Positions 20,698-30,060 of a DNA stretch of 64,000 bases are shown here, in pieces. The position numbers and the translations under genes are program-made. Source of the stretch: a virus; the IMG/VR virus record IMGVR_UViG_3300042945_001689, positions 32,001 through 96,000 of that record; one strand, 5' to 3'. The first letter of the stretch is position 1; each line of letters starts with the position of its first letter. The notes under the pieces are model-generated. The model had not been told where the DNA came from. It saw only the letters and a list, made by a program, of their open reading frames with translations, and searched no databases.

Positions 20698-21098
20698 TAA
20701 CTTGTTACGTCTTCTAAAACAACCATTTGACCTCTAGCAACTGTCCAAACTCGTGTTGCATCAGATAGTTGAACATCAAAAACATCTCCAGTTTTTAATT
20801 GTGCTGACTGTACAGATGTTAATTTAACTGTAAATTCTCCAGTTTCATCTCCCGCGTCTGGGGCAGGCGTTATTGTAAATACTGTACCAGCAGAATCTTG
20901 ATCAAAATTATTTTCTATATCTGGTCTTCTAAATCTTGCAGCAATTGTCCAGTTGGCTATTACAAGTGGATTTTTAGCATCATCTGTAACATATATCCTA
21001 AATGCAACGGTATCTCCCTTTACAATTGTCCATTTTACTAATGGCGGGGCATCACCAATATCATAAACAGATTGTCCAGCACCTCTATAATTAGCCAT
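20697..21098 (-). CDS. Small baseplate/adaptor-like beta protein (family of three with 28389 and 29623)
   Basis: IVKGDT...FDVQ...ARGQMVVLEDVT pattern shared with the paralogs. Confidence 0.55.
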   Translation of the reverse strand: MANYRGAGQSVYDIGDAPPLVKWTIVKGDTVAFRIYVTDDAKNPLVIANWTIAARFRRPDIENNFDQDSAGTVFTITPAPDAGDETGEFTVKLTSVQSAQLKTGDVFDVQLSDATRVWTVARGQMVVLEDVTS

Positions 21099-21136
21099 AT
21101 AAGAATTATAACATAATTACAAGAATATGTAAAAAG

Positions 21137-21166
21137 TTGACAAAAAACAAAACTTCATGTTATACT
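21137..21166 (+). promoter_or_regulatory. Sigma70/SigA-type promoter
   Basis: TTGACA-18-TATACT upstream of the transglycosylase gene. Confidence 0.7.
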
Positions 21167-21215
21167 GGTAGGTAACACCATAAAAAATGGTGTTTTGTTT
21201 TCTAAGGAGGAAACT

Positions 21216-21782
21216 ATGATTAAATTTATCGAAAGAAACAAAGAGGTCATTAGTATACTCGGCATACTGACTTTAGTAACGACATTGTCAAACGTTGCTA
21301 ATGCTGAAACACGAATAAGTGACAAAAATAATTTGAGTATAGAACAGGCTCAGGAGCAGGAAAACGCCTCGAAAGAGGTTTTTTTGGTTTCTAAAGAAGA
21401 AAATAATAAAATTAACAAAAAATACAAATATGGAACCCCCCTTGAAAAAGACGAACTAATTAAAATATTAAAGCAAGTAGGCTTTAAAGGATATTCACTA
21501 AAGGTTGCTTGGGCAACGGTAATGAAAGAATCTATGGGCACTCCTAACTCTTGGAATCCTAATAGACAGACTGGAGATAATTCTTATGGCCTATTTCAAA
21601 TCAATATGCTTGGAGGACTGGGCGAAGAAAGAAGAAGCAAGTTTAATCTAAAGTCTAACGAAGATCTGTTTGATCCAGTTAGAAATGCAGAAATCGCTTA
21701 TCATATGAGTAATGGTGGTGAAGATTGGTCTGCCTGGAAAGGCATTACCTGGAAAACTAAAGAGTGGATGGAAAGATATTAA
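21216..21782 (+). CDS. Exported lysozyme-like lytic transglycosylase
   Basis: N-terminal hydrophobic signal with A-N-A site; KES, SYGLFQINM, LFDP..N, DWSAW motifs; AGGAGG RBS before ATG 21216. Confidence 0.8.
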   Translation: MIKFIERNKEVISILGILTLVTTLSNVANAETRISDKNNLSIEQAQEQENASKEVFLVSKEENNKINKKYKYGTPLEKDELIKILKQVGFKGYSLKVAWATVMKESMGTPNSWNPNRQTGDNSYGLFQINMLGGLGEERRSKFNLKSNEDLFDPVRNAEIAYHMSNGGEDWSAWKGITWKTKEWMERY

Positions 21783-22783
21783 TTTTTAATATCTTGTATT
21801 ATCTCTAAAAATCCTTCTGCCCAATGCATATGTTTATGAACTCCACTATGCCTTGCCTTTTTTGAATAATACTTTTCATCTTCTATGTCTGTTGATGTAT
21901 CAAAATTTTTTGGATACAAATGTCTTAAATGTTCGTGTTTATTACATTCGTCTAAATATACATCAAGTCCATCATCACTTTTGTACCATCTATTAGACTT
22001 TAAATAAACAAAATTATTTGATACATTTTCTTGTTGTGTTATTAAGTCATACAAAAAACCACTCCACGTTGACCATAAAAATAAAATTTTTGCTTCTTTA
22101 CAATACTGCTCTAACATTTTAATATATTGATATGAGTAAAAAAATGGTAAATCTGGAGAAAAAACATCTTCAGAATAATGTGGTTTTTTAGAATATTTTT
22201 CTGATTCTTGATAAATTACGTGAGTTGAAGACAACATACTCTCTGGATGTACTGGAAAATAAGTATTTTTTGTTATTAATGTTTCAGTATTTACTGGAAC
22301 CATAAATCTATAAAAATCTGGAAACAAACATAAAAGAGTTTTTGGATGACCATATTCTTCAAAATATTTATATATATTATTTATAATTGCAACAACAGAG
22401 TCTCCTGGTTGACTTATATTTGAATACTTTACATTTAAAGCCTTTGCTACTTGACTGCCCCATATTTCTTTTTCTGGCAATCCCAACCCAAATGTAAAAG
22501 AACAGCCACCAAAAACAAGTTCATTGTTTTCATTAAAATCTTTTCCTCTAAAACCTAAATTATTTATAATATATGAATTAGACTGGTCCAATAAAAATTC
22601 TGTTTCTGTATAATGTCCCGTCCATAGCAAACCATTTGGATACAAACCTGGTTTTCTTTTATTTGTAATAATCCAATCATTTAAAAATAAATGTTTAACA
22701 TTTTCATGATCAACTACATCATTTCCAATTAAACCTAAGTCACTTATAGTTTCTTTTATAGTTTTAGTATATGTATTTTTCAT
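21779..22783 (-). CDS. SGNH/GDSL-like hypothetical protein
   Basis: N..GFR..F...FGGCSFTFG motif; paralog of 61852-62730. Confidence 0.55.
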   Translation of the reverse strand: MKNTYTKTIKETISDLGLIGNDVVDHENVKHLFLNDWIITNKRKPGLYPNGLLWTGHYTETEFLLDQSNSYIINNLGFRGKDFNENNELVFGGCSFTFGLGLPEKEIWGSQVAKALNVKYSNISQPGDSVVAIINNIYKYFEEYGHPKTLLCLFPDFYRFMVPVNTETLITKNTYFPVHPESMLSSTHVIYQESEKYSKKPHYSEDVFSPDLPFFYSYQYIKMLEQYCKEAKILFLWSTWSGFLYDLITQQENVSNNFVYLKSNRWYKSDDGLDVYLDECNKHEHLRHLYPKNFDTSTDIEDEKYYSKKARHSGVHKHMHWAEGFLEIIQDIKN

Positions 22784-22833
22784 ATTTTTTATCCTTTTTT
22801 TTAAATATTTTTTTAAATTTATACAAATAATAT

Positions 22834-23424
22834 TTAATTTTTATTAACATATTTATTTCTAATTTCATTTTCAAATATTCTGTATTTAGTTGGAATCCAA
22901 AAAGATGGTGTGGTATATCTTGTGCCTTTTGTTATCTCCCGCACACCGTGTATATACATTGTGTTTGATGGGAAAAATACCAATGTACCAGCACTAGGTT
23001 TAAAGTCTAAGTTATGATCTGGGAAGTATATCTCTCCGCCTTCGTAGTCATCGTTCAAATATATAACAGCCCCATAGTCAACTATAAATGCTTCATTTGG
23101 ATGTCCTTCTGGATCTTCTCCATCTGCATGTAGTGGTTGAAACTCTCCTGCGTCCCATCTTCTTATTCCAGCAGAATTTGTTTCAAGAGGTCTTCCAAAA
23201 TAAAGTTCTATCTCTTGCTGTACTCTATCAATTGCTTTTTTTAGTATGGCATGGGCCTCTGGCTTTTCAGAAGCAAGATTTCTTGTTACTTTGTCTGGTA
23301 TTCCAGCCATTGAATTAGAACCCCAAGAAATTGTATCGTCTATTGATGATAATACAATGTCTAAATCTTTCTTTGAAACAAAATTTTCTTTTATAACAAT
23401 ATTTTTTGTAGATCCTATTTTCAT
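22834..23424 (-). CDS. 2OG-Fe(II) oxygenase, prolyl 4-hydroxylase-like
   Basis: HAD...YLNDDYEGGEI...HGV...GTRY. Confidence 0.88.
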   Translation of the reverse strand: MKIGSTKNIVIKENFVSKKDLDIVLSSIDDTISWGSNSMAGIPDKVTRNLASEKPEAHAILKKAIDRVQQEIELYFGRPLETNSAGIRRWDAGEFQPLHADGEDPEGHPNEAFIVDYGAVIYLNDDYEGGEIYFPDHNLDFKPSAGTLVFFPSNTMYIHGVREITKGTRYTTPSFWIPTKYRIFENEIRNKYVNKN

Positions 23425-23433
23425 TTTTTCTCC

Positions 23434-23592
23434 TTAATTAGGTAACTCTGATTGCTCTGCTATTTCTTTTACTTTGTCAAAGTTTGATGCATCAACCATT
23501 GAAGATAAAACATAACATATCCATTGATAAGATGACTTTTCGCAATACCCCTTTGACTGCATAATTTTAGCAATATCTTCTATAATTTCCAT
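23434..23592 (-). CDS. Small hypothetical protein (52 aa)
   Basis: MEIIEDIAKIM...; start overlaps upstream stop (TAATG) and fills the gap between two oxygenases. Confidence 0.55.
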   Translation of the reverse strand: MEIIEDIAKIMQSKGYCEKSSYQWICYVLSSMVDASNFDKVKEIAEQSELPN

Positions 23593-24113
23593 TACTTATA
23601 CTCCAAAAATATGTTAATTGCATATCTTGTTCCAGAATGAACCTGATGCGCTATGTGCATATATGGGTAGTTTGATGGAAATAATACCATAGAATTTTTT
23701 ACTGGCTTAACTTTAATGTCAAAGTTGCAAAATTCTATCTCTCCGCCTTCGTAGTCATCGTTTAAATATATAACGCAACTAGTAACTCTGTTAGAAACAT
23801 GCTTTGAGCCATCATCATAGTGCATTACATACTTTTCTCCAGGCTCGTATTTTAATGCCTCTATTGTAAGATATGTTAGTTCTGGAAGAAAATATAAATC
23901 ACGATATGCACTTAAAGAACTATGCAGCGCCTCATCTATAATTTTAAAAATTTCTTTTTGCAACTCTTTGTCTTGAAAGTATATGACTGAATTAGATCTA
24001 TCTTCTGTTTTTACATTTAGTGGTTTTGTCCACTCATACTTATTAATTTCTTTAATTAATAAATCTGAATTATTCAAAACATTATAATAAAACTCTATTC
24101 CGTTTTTATTCAT
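23592..24113 (-). CDS. 2OG-Fe(II) oxygenase, prolyl 4-hydroxylase-like
   Basis: HYD...YLNDDYEGGEI...FPSNYPYMH...GTRY. Confidence 0.88.
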   Translation of the reverse strand: MNKNGIEFYYNVLNNSDLLIKEINKYEWTKPLNVKTEDRSNSVIYFQDKELQKEIFKIIDEALHSSLSAYRDLYFLPELTYLTIEALKYEPGEKYVMHYDDGSKHVSNRVTSCVIYLNDDYEGGEIEFCNFDIKVKPVKNSMVLFPSNYPYMHIAHQVHSGTRYAINIFLEYK

Positions 24114-24825
24114 TTTTTTTCCTTATGTCTTTGGTATGCAACTTTATTTTTTTTACTTCGTGTGATCCAACAGAATTGCCAAATTGATCAGTAGCGCTTC
24201 GATAAAAATCAGAAAACTTTGGAATTTTATTATTTTCTAATATTACATTTCCATAGTCTGTTACTTTTTTATGGTATTCATTAATATTATGTGGATTATT
24301 ATTTAAAGTAATTGTAGAATTTTGTAAATTTGTTAAAGATATTGGCAAAACAGAAATAATTGGAGAGTTTGCTTTAAACGTAATAACAGTGTTTGGCCTT
24401 GTAATTTTCCAAGATACTGGTATAGGTTTTTGCCAAAAACTAGAACTAATTAAGTTTGTTAACGGAACTGCGCCATCAATGTCTAAATTTGGTGGACCAA
24501 AAAACAATAAACTAGTTTCTGGATTTGTTTCAAAAAACCAACCTATATTAAAAATTAGTGTTGCAGTTCCTCTGTTAGTGTCAACAAATTCTTTACCTTT
24601 TAAAACCGTTATGTGATTTCCTTCAGAAGAGTCGTTTCCATCCCAAACAACAGAAATATCTTTGGGGAATGAAAATCCCCATCCCATTTGATTTGTTAAC
24701 GATAAAGGAAAACACCTGTATGCATGTTGATCAAATGTTTTATCCATCCAGTCTCTTTTTAAAGAAAGTTGTTCTATTCTTGCACCTAAACCTGGATTTA
24801 CTTCATATGCATTGATTTCATACAT
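24106..24825 (-). CDS. DUF6065-like protein (copy 2)
   Basis: KRDWMD...HAYRCFPLSLTNQMGW; paralog of 12165-12881. Confidence 0.6.
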   Translation of the reverse strand: MYEINAYEVNPGLGARIEQLSLKRDWMDKTFDQHAYRCFPLSLTNQMGWGFSFPKDISVVWDGNDSSEGNHITVLKGKEFVDTNRGTATLIFNIGWFFETNPETSLLFFGPPNLDIDGAVPLTNLISSSFWQKPIPVSWKITRPNTVITFKANSPIISVLPISLTNLQNSTITLNNNPHNINEYHKKVTDYGNVILENNKIPKFSDFYRSATDQFGNSVGSHEVKKIKLHTKDIRKKNE

Positions 24826-25488
24826 TTATTGTTTTTGCCTTAGTGGAGAGTTTGCTCCGTGTACCCTATCATTATAGTCAAACATTGTTACTGCAGAATA
24901 TTTTATTCCTTCTTTTACAGGCAAAGCAGCATGAGAATATAAAAAGTTTGATGGGAACAAAACAATATCTCCCTCTTCTGGAGTATAAGTATAGTTTATG
25001 TATGGGAAAAACAATTCTCCTCCAGTATAGTTGTCATTTAAATACATAACTGTAGAAACAGTACATACATAACTAAAACCATGATCTGAATGAACCTGAA
25101 AGTGTTGATCTTTTCCATATCTAACAAAATTAACTGCTTCTTGATACTCTAAGTTTAAATTAAAAAGTGAAGAATAATGTTTTACACATTCCTGTAGTCG
25201 TTCATCTATGTCAAAGTATATTTTTCTTAAATCTGACATAGTTGCTCTTGGGTTATTTACAAAATCATTTTTTCTTACTTTAAAGTCTACGCAATCTCTA
25301 TAATCTTTTCTTGTTTCATAATCACCAACTTGTGCTTCGCTCCATTTGAAAAAATTATCGCCATGTTTTTCAATAACATCTTCAAGTCGCTGAACAAGAT
25401 TTAAGTCTTTATTAAGCGCATTTTTATAAACGAATACAGCAGGCGCAGGATTTTCTATAGTGGTTGTTTCTATAAAGTTAGATAACAT
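24826..25488 (-). CDS. 2OG-Fe(II) oxygenase, prolyl 4-hydroxylase-like
   Basis: HSD...YLNDNYTGGEL...YSH...GIKYS; YRDCVDFK shared with 12874-13554. Confidence 0.88.
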   Translation of the reverse strand: MLSNFIETTTIENPAPAVFVYKNALNKDLNLVQRLEDVIEKHGDNFFKWSEAQVGDYETRKDYRDCVDFKVRKNDFVNNPRATMSDLRKIYFDIDERLQECVKHYSSLFNLNLEYQEAVNFVRYGKDQHFQVHSDHGFSYVCTVSTVMYLNDNYTGGELFFPYINYTYTPEEGDIVLFPSNFLYSHAALPVKEGIKYSAVTMFDYNDRVHGANSPLRQKQ

Positions 25489-25527
25489 TTAATCTCCTTT
25501 TTGGTCAATATATAGTATACTACATAT

Positions 25528-26112
25528 ATGGACAATATGTATAAGGTACAACCTGGCTATTTTGGGGACTCTGTTGATAATATCATTGTTTTAGAAAATT
25601 TTATAAGTCCAGATGACTTAGATAAATTTTACTTTTACTCTAAATCAATAGAAAATTTTTTATCCATACCTGATGACAACTGGGACAACAGGGTTCATAG
25701 TTCAGAGTTATTTAAAAATAGTAATAAGGCATTATTTCTTAAACTTTTAGAATATCAAAAAAAATTAAAAATAGAAATAGAAAAAAGATTTAACTTTGTT
25801 TTACAAGAAAATTCACCATCAATAGTTCTTTGGAGACCTGGAGACGATCAGCCTCCTCATGCAGACAAACAGGAGCAAGATGGTAATCCAAATTCTTATC
25901 CTGAAAATGATGTGGCATCCCTAATGTATATAAACGACAATTATGATGGTGGAGAAATATACTTTACTAACCAGGATATAACCATAAAGCCCAAGGCTGG
26001 TTCTGCAATATTTTTTCCTGGAGATATACATTATACTCATGGGGTAACAAAAGTATTAAATAACAACAGATATACATCGCCAGCATTTTGGCGTGTAAAA
26101 AACTTTAATTAA
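25528..26112 (+). CDS. 2OG-Fe(II) oxygenase, prolyl 4-hydroxylase-like
   Basis: HAD...YINDNYDGGEI...HGV...RYTSP. Confidence 0.88.
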   Translation: MDNMYKVQPGYFGDSVDNIIVLENFISPDDLDKFYFYSKSIENFLSIPDDNWDNRVHSSELFKNSNKALFLKLLEYQKKLKIEIEKRFNFVLQENSPSIVLWRPGDDQPPHADKQEQDGNPNSYPENDVASLMYINDNYDGGEIYFTNQDITIKPKAGSAIFFPGDIHYTHGVTKVLNNNRYTSPAFWRVKNFN

Positions 26113-27014
26113 ATATTATCCCTAACATCAAAAACCAACATATTTTCTGTAAAGAAATTATCATATGGTTCGCAATTGATTGAATAAACCGTATCTTCAT
26201 ATTCTATAATATCGAACACTTCTATTGGAACAAACTGTAGATCAGCAAAAGAGTATACAAAATATGAACTATCAATTTCTGATGTTTGTATAAATTTAAC
26301 AACATTATCTTTTTTAGTTAAAATATAATGCGTTCCCGAATATGCATCTCCGTTAATTATATAAAGTGTACCGATAGGTCTTGAGGTAATAGAAACAACC
26401 TCTGTTTCTCTTAAATTGGTTTCATCTAATAATAAATCTTCTTTACTCCAAGTTGTCCAATCAGAAACATTGTTGGTATCTAAATCCATAGCAACCAAAA
26501 CGTCTCCTACTACAATATCTTTAGCGTCTTTTCTTCCATTAATAGTTATAATTCCAGTATTGCTTGCAATGGAATATTCTGAATAGACTCCAAACCCTGG
26601 GAAAAATGGTGGTATTGGGAACGGTGGTGGGAACGGTGGTGGGGCAACGGCGAACGGTGGTGGGAACGGTGGTGGGAACGGTGGTGGGAACGGTGGTGGT
26701 GCTGGGGCTACTGGAGTAACAGAATTACTTGCTGCAGATTCTAACGATGTAGCAACACCATTTCCTAGTTTTACTTTAAATGTATAGGCTGTTCCATTTG
26801 ACAAACCACTAACAGTTATTGGAGAAGTTGAAGATGTTCCTGTTATATCTGATGGAGTTGAAGTTGCAGTGTAAGTTGTTCCAATTGGTTTGCCTAAATA
26901 GGCTGGTGCTGTAAATGAAACTGTTGCTGTTTCATTACCTTCTGTTGCAGTTCCAATTGTTGGAGTTCCTGGTTGTATTCCTCCACTACCTGAAGATATT
27001 GGTGGTAATGGCAT
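26109..27014 (-). CDS. FN3 + (PPPF)n + C-terminal Hint-like domain protein (copy 2)
   Basis: Start MPLPP at 27014 overlaps upstream stop; FN3 (ITVSGLSNGTAYTFKV); PPPF repeats; Hint domain highly similar to copy 1. Confidence 0.8.
   Translation of the reverse strand: MPLPPISSGSGGIQPGTPTIGTATEGNETATVSFTAPAYLGKPIGTTYTATSTPSDITGTSSTSPITVSGLSNGTAYTFKVKLGNGVATSLESAASNSVTPVAPAPPPFPPPFPPPFPPPFAVAPPPFPPPFPIPPFFPGFGVYSEYSIASNTGIITINGRKDAKDIVVGDVLVAMDLDTNNVSDWTTWSKEDLLLDETNLRETEVVSITSRPIGTLYIINGDAYSGTHYILTKKDNVVKFIQTSEIDSSYFVYSFADLQFVPIEVFDIIEYEDTVYSINCEPYDNFFTENMLVFDVRDNI
26595..26700 (-). repeat. Coding tandem repeat (CCACCACCGTTC) x6, interrupted once
   Basis: GAACGGTGGTGG array on the plus strand. 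Confidence 0.93.
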
Positions 27015-27814
27015 TATGCACTCAGATCGCCAATTGCAATCCAAGTATTGGTTGCTCGTTTAATTAATGTACAAGATGAATACTGTGTTCTTAATTTTGC
27101 TGCATTTGAAGAAACTTGAGGTGTGCAATTTAGTGTAACTCCTGCAGTGACTACTACTGTTGTTGCTCCAGTTCCAGTTTGAATAATTGTAATTTGTGAA
27201 CCAATTGCAAATGCTTGAGTTGCATTAAGTGGAATAGTAACTGTATTTGCAGTTGATGTTAAATTCATTTCAATAATTTTATATGCATCTGACAAAACCA
27301 ATGCGTGATTTGCTGTTTTTTCTAAAATAGTAAAATCTAATGCAGATTTAGTATCTTGAACTGCTTTGACTGCAGTTGGTGTTGCTGCTTTAACTGATGA
27401 AGTCTCTGATGTTGAATCTGACAATTGAACAACTCCAGGTGTTGAAACTGATGCTGCTGTAGGTGCAGCCCATTTAAGACCAAATGTGCCCTGTGTTGAG
27501 TCTGCAGTTAAAATATGTCCATCGCTACCAACTGTTAAATTATCTAAATTATTATTTGATGTCCCTACTAAAAGATCGCCTTTAGCGTCAATGACAGTTT
27601 CTTCTACAGCATTTGTTAAAGTTGCATCAATTGCATCAATTCTTGTATCTATATCATCTAGATACTTTGAAATACCTGCGGTTGCTGTGCCTTCTGGCTC
27701 TGCTTCTTGTCCCCAATGATAATATTTAAGTGCAACCTGTATGTCGGCTGGATCAGCCATTGCTGGAATTTTTGCTAGGGGATACTTAGAACTTCCTATA
27801 TTTGTGGCTGCCAT
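27014..27814 (-). CDS. Fibre-like structural protein
   Basis: DAKGDLLVG block shared with 18143; GVVQLSDST..AATP.AVK fibre repeat; C-terminal domain shared with 15680-17623. Confidence 0.7.
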   Translation of the reverse strand: MAATNIGSSKYPLAKIPAMADPADIQVALKYYHWGQEAEPEGTATAGISKYLDDIDTRIDAIDATLTNAVEETVIDAKGDLLVGTSNNNLDNLTVGSDGHILTADSTQGTFGLKWAAPTAASVSTPGVVQLSDSTSETSSVKAATPTAVKAVQDTKSALDFTILEKTANHALVLSDAYKIIEMNLTSTANTVTIPLNATQAFAIGSQITIIQTGTGATTVVVTAGVTLNCTPQVSSNAAKLRTQYSSCTLIKRATNTWIAIGDLSA

Positions 27815-27840
27815 AGTCTAAATATTATAGCATAGTTATT

Positions 27841-28389
27841 CTAAGAAGCAGAAGATGTGTTGTCTTCCCCTATGCTAATTGAAATCATTACATCATAATC
27901 CCCTGATAAATTTGACCAGGTTGATCCGCTCAAAGACTTAGCCTTAATTGTAAAGTCTAGATCAGTAGCGGTTAATGTTGGCTGAGTTATCACAGAGGCT
28001 ATAACATTTGTTGTTCCAATGATGTTGTGATGTACAACAAAACTTCCAGTTGTTTCTGTTATTCCAAACATATCATTAATGTCATATGTAAAATCTGCGC
28101 TTCCAGAAATAAAAGTGACAGTTTCATTAACGTTATATGTTAGTGGAGCAAACTTACCAACAATAGTCCAGACGTTATCAATATACTGATAAAGTTCTGA
28201 AGTAGAAACATCTAAATACATATCGTTTGCTAGTGGAGTTTCTGCAATTGTTAAACCACTTGGCAACCCAGTTCCAACAAATTGTTTGCTTCCTCTTGTG
28301 CCAGTTTGTCCAATGTCAACTGATACAGTAATTTCTTCTACTGGGCCATAAACAGAAAGTTCGGGATCAAGGACAACTACCTCTGGCAT
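27841..28389 (-). CDS. Structural hypothetical protein
   Basis: G.RGS..F.G.G.P...DMYLD motif typical of tail-associated proteins. Confidence 0.55.
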   Translation of the reverse strand: MPEVVVLDPELSVYGPVEEITVSVDIGQTGTRGSKQFVGTGLPSGLTIAETPLANDMYLDVSTSELYQYIDNVWTIVGKFAPLTYNVNETVTFISGSADFTYDINDMFGITETTGSFVVHHNIIGTTNVIASVITQPTLTATDLDFTIKAKSLSGSTWSNLSGDYDVMISISIGEDNTSSAS

Positions 28390-28778
28390 TAAACTGCCCC
28401 AGTAACATCATCTTGAACTGTAATTGTGCCAGTTAATAAAGTATATCTAAGTGCTGCGCCATTATAAATTTCAAGATCATAATAATAAGTTGAGCCACCC
28501 TCTAGATCTCTTCCTCCATCAGGAGTAATCGTACATGTTATTGTATTGTCTGAAGTGTTGATAGATGCACCTAAATCTGAAGATCCGTTAGATGTTAGGA
28601 CTAATTCTCTGGTACTGCCTCTAGCGTCTGCTATTGTAAAAATTGCATCTCTTGCTGGACTTGCTGATTTATAAGCAGAAAGAGCAAATGCTGCTCCTGT
28701 AGAATCTTTTGGGGATACAACAAACCTAAATGTATCGCCACGATAATAGTCAAAATTATAAGTGCCTGGAAATGCCAT
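28389..28778 (-). CDS. Small baseplate/adaptor-like beta protein
   Basis: YRGDTF...YYYDLEI...LLTGTITVQDDVT. Confidence 0.6.
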   Translation of the reverse strand: MAFPGTYNFDYYRGDTFRFVVSPKDSTGAAFALSAYKSASPARDAIFTIADARGSTRELVLTSNGSSDLGASINTSDNTITCTITPDGGRDLEGGSTYYYDLEIYNGAALRYTLLTGTITVQDDVTGAV

Positions 28779-28793
28779 GTATTTATTATACCA

Positions 28794-29540
28794 CTAAGAA
28801 ATATGGACTGTAAAGGATTTGACCTTTACGGCAGAATCTAGATCAGTTCTTATCTGTGGAACAACATTTGCTCGTTTCATTTTTTCATTTAAAATATACA
28901 GTGTTTGAGAAATTGAAAAGTCATAAGTATACTTATATTTTAGATTAGCAACAAATTGTGAAACATTTACAGCGGGAATAGAATAGGTCCTTAGCCAAAC
29001 CTCAACATTATTATCAAATGTTTCTATTTCAAAATTATAAACTATCTCTACCCTTGTGCCAATCTCTAATTGTTTAAAATTTAACTTCTGTGTTTCTGTA
29101 TTCCACAAACTTACTTTTCCTATTGGCAAATGTTTTTCTATTGTTTGTCCTTTAGAATCATTTAATAGGTCTACCCAGCCCTCGTCACCTTTATCTAATC
29201 CTAAAAATATTTGCTCTTGGTTTAAATTTTCGTAATATGCCCAACCAGATTTTGTTGGTTGTATTTCAGCACCTTCTTTATTTATATATAAAGTTTCTCC
29301 AGCAGGTCCTCTTTCACCCTTTGGTCCCCTTTCTCCCTTTTCTCCAGGATCCCCTTTATCGCCTTTTGGACCAGCCTCTCCAGCCCTTCCAGTTAGTCCT
29401 TGAGGTCCTTGTGGCCCTACAAGTATTCTATAGTCTATATCGGGCTCTGGAGCCGTTTTTTCTTCTTCAACAACTTTGCCATAAGAAGGTTTATTTTTTT
29501 GATTACCTGGAATTTCTGCTTTACGACTAATACTCATCAT
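28794..29540 (-). CDS. Collagen-like repeat protein
   Basis: About 13 consecutive Gly-X-Y triplets (GPQGPQGLTGRAGEAGPKGDK...). Confidence 0.85.
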   Translation of the reverse strand: MMSISRKAEIPGNQKNKPSYGKVVEEEKTAPEPDIDYRILVGPQGPQGLTGRAGEAGPKGDKGDPGEKGERGPKGERGPAGETLYINKEGAEIQPTKSGWAYYENLNQEQIFLGLDKGDEGWVDLLNDSKGQTIEKHLPIGKVSLWNTETQKLNFKQLEIGTRVEIVYNFEIETFDNNVEVWLRTYSIPAVNVSQFVANLKYKYTYDFSISQTLYILNEKMKRANVVPQIRTDLDSAVKVKSFTVHIS

Positions 29541-29622
29541 TCACCAGTTTTAATTATAAATGTTTTGTCATCGACTTTTATAACTTTTGCTGGCGTTACT
29601 GCAGGGGAAGTAATTTTAATTA

Positions 29623-30009
29623 TCATAGTCCACCTGGAGTTATATCACTGTATACACTAATTGTTCCAATAATTGGAGTCCAAACAATATCATCATCTGT
29701 AATGATCTGAACGTCAAAAGGTAGGTTTGCTACAACATTTTTATAACCATTTCCCCAGAACGTTGTTAAGTCTGAAGGGGCTGTAACAATAATATATCCA
29801 TCATATTTAGTAACAGTGAGTTCGTCTAACAAGTCCCCAGAAGAATCGTATGACGTTGCTGAAACTGTCCAATCATCAATATCTATTTCTGTTGTTTCAT
29901 CATCTTCTAAAAAATCTACCCTTAGAGTTGCGGTATCACCACGAACTACTTTCCATTTAATATTGATTGGCTCTGCGCCTACCTGTTCAATAGAAGATAT
30001 TGTACTCAT
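29623..30009 (-). CDS. Small baseplate/adaptor-like beta protein
   Basis: VVRGDT...FDVQ...GTISVYSDIT. Confidence 0.55.
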   Translation of the reverse strand: MSTISSIEQVGAEPINIKWKVVRGDTATLRVDFLEDDETTEIDIDDWTVSATSYDSSGDLLDELTVTKYDGYIIVTAPSDLTTFWGNGYKNVVANLPFDVQIITDDDIVWTPIIGTISVYSDITPGGL

Positions 30010-30060
30010 ACGTAAAATTATAACACAATAATCAATTTTTTCTAGCCAGGAGAAGGAAAC

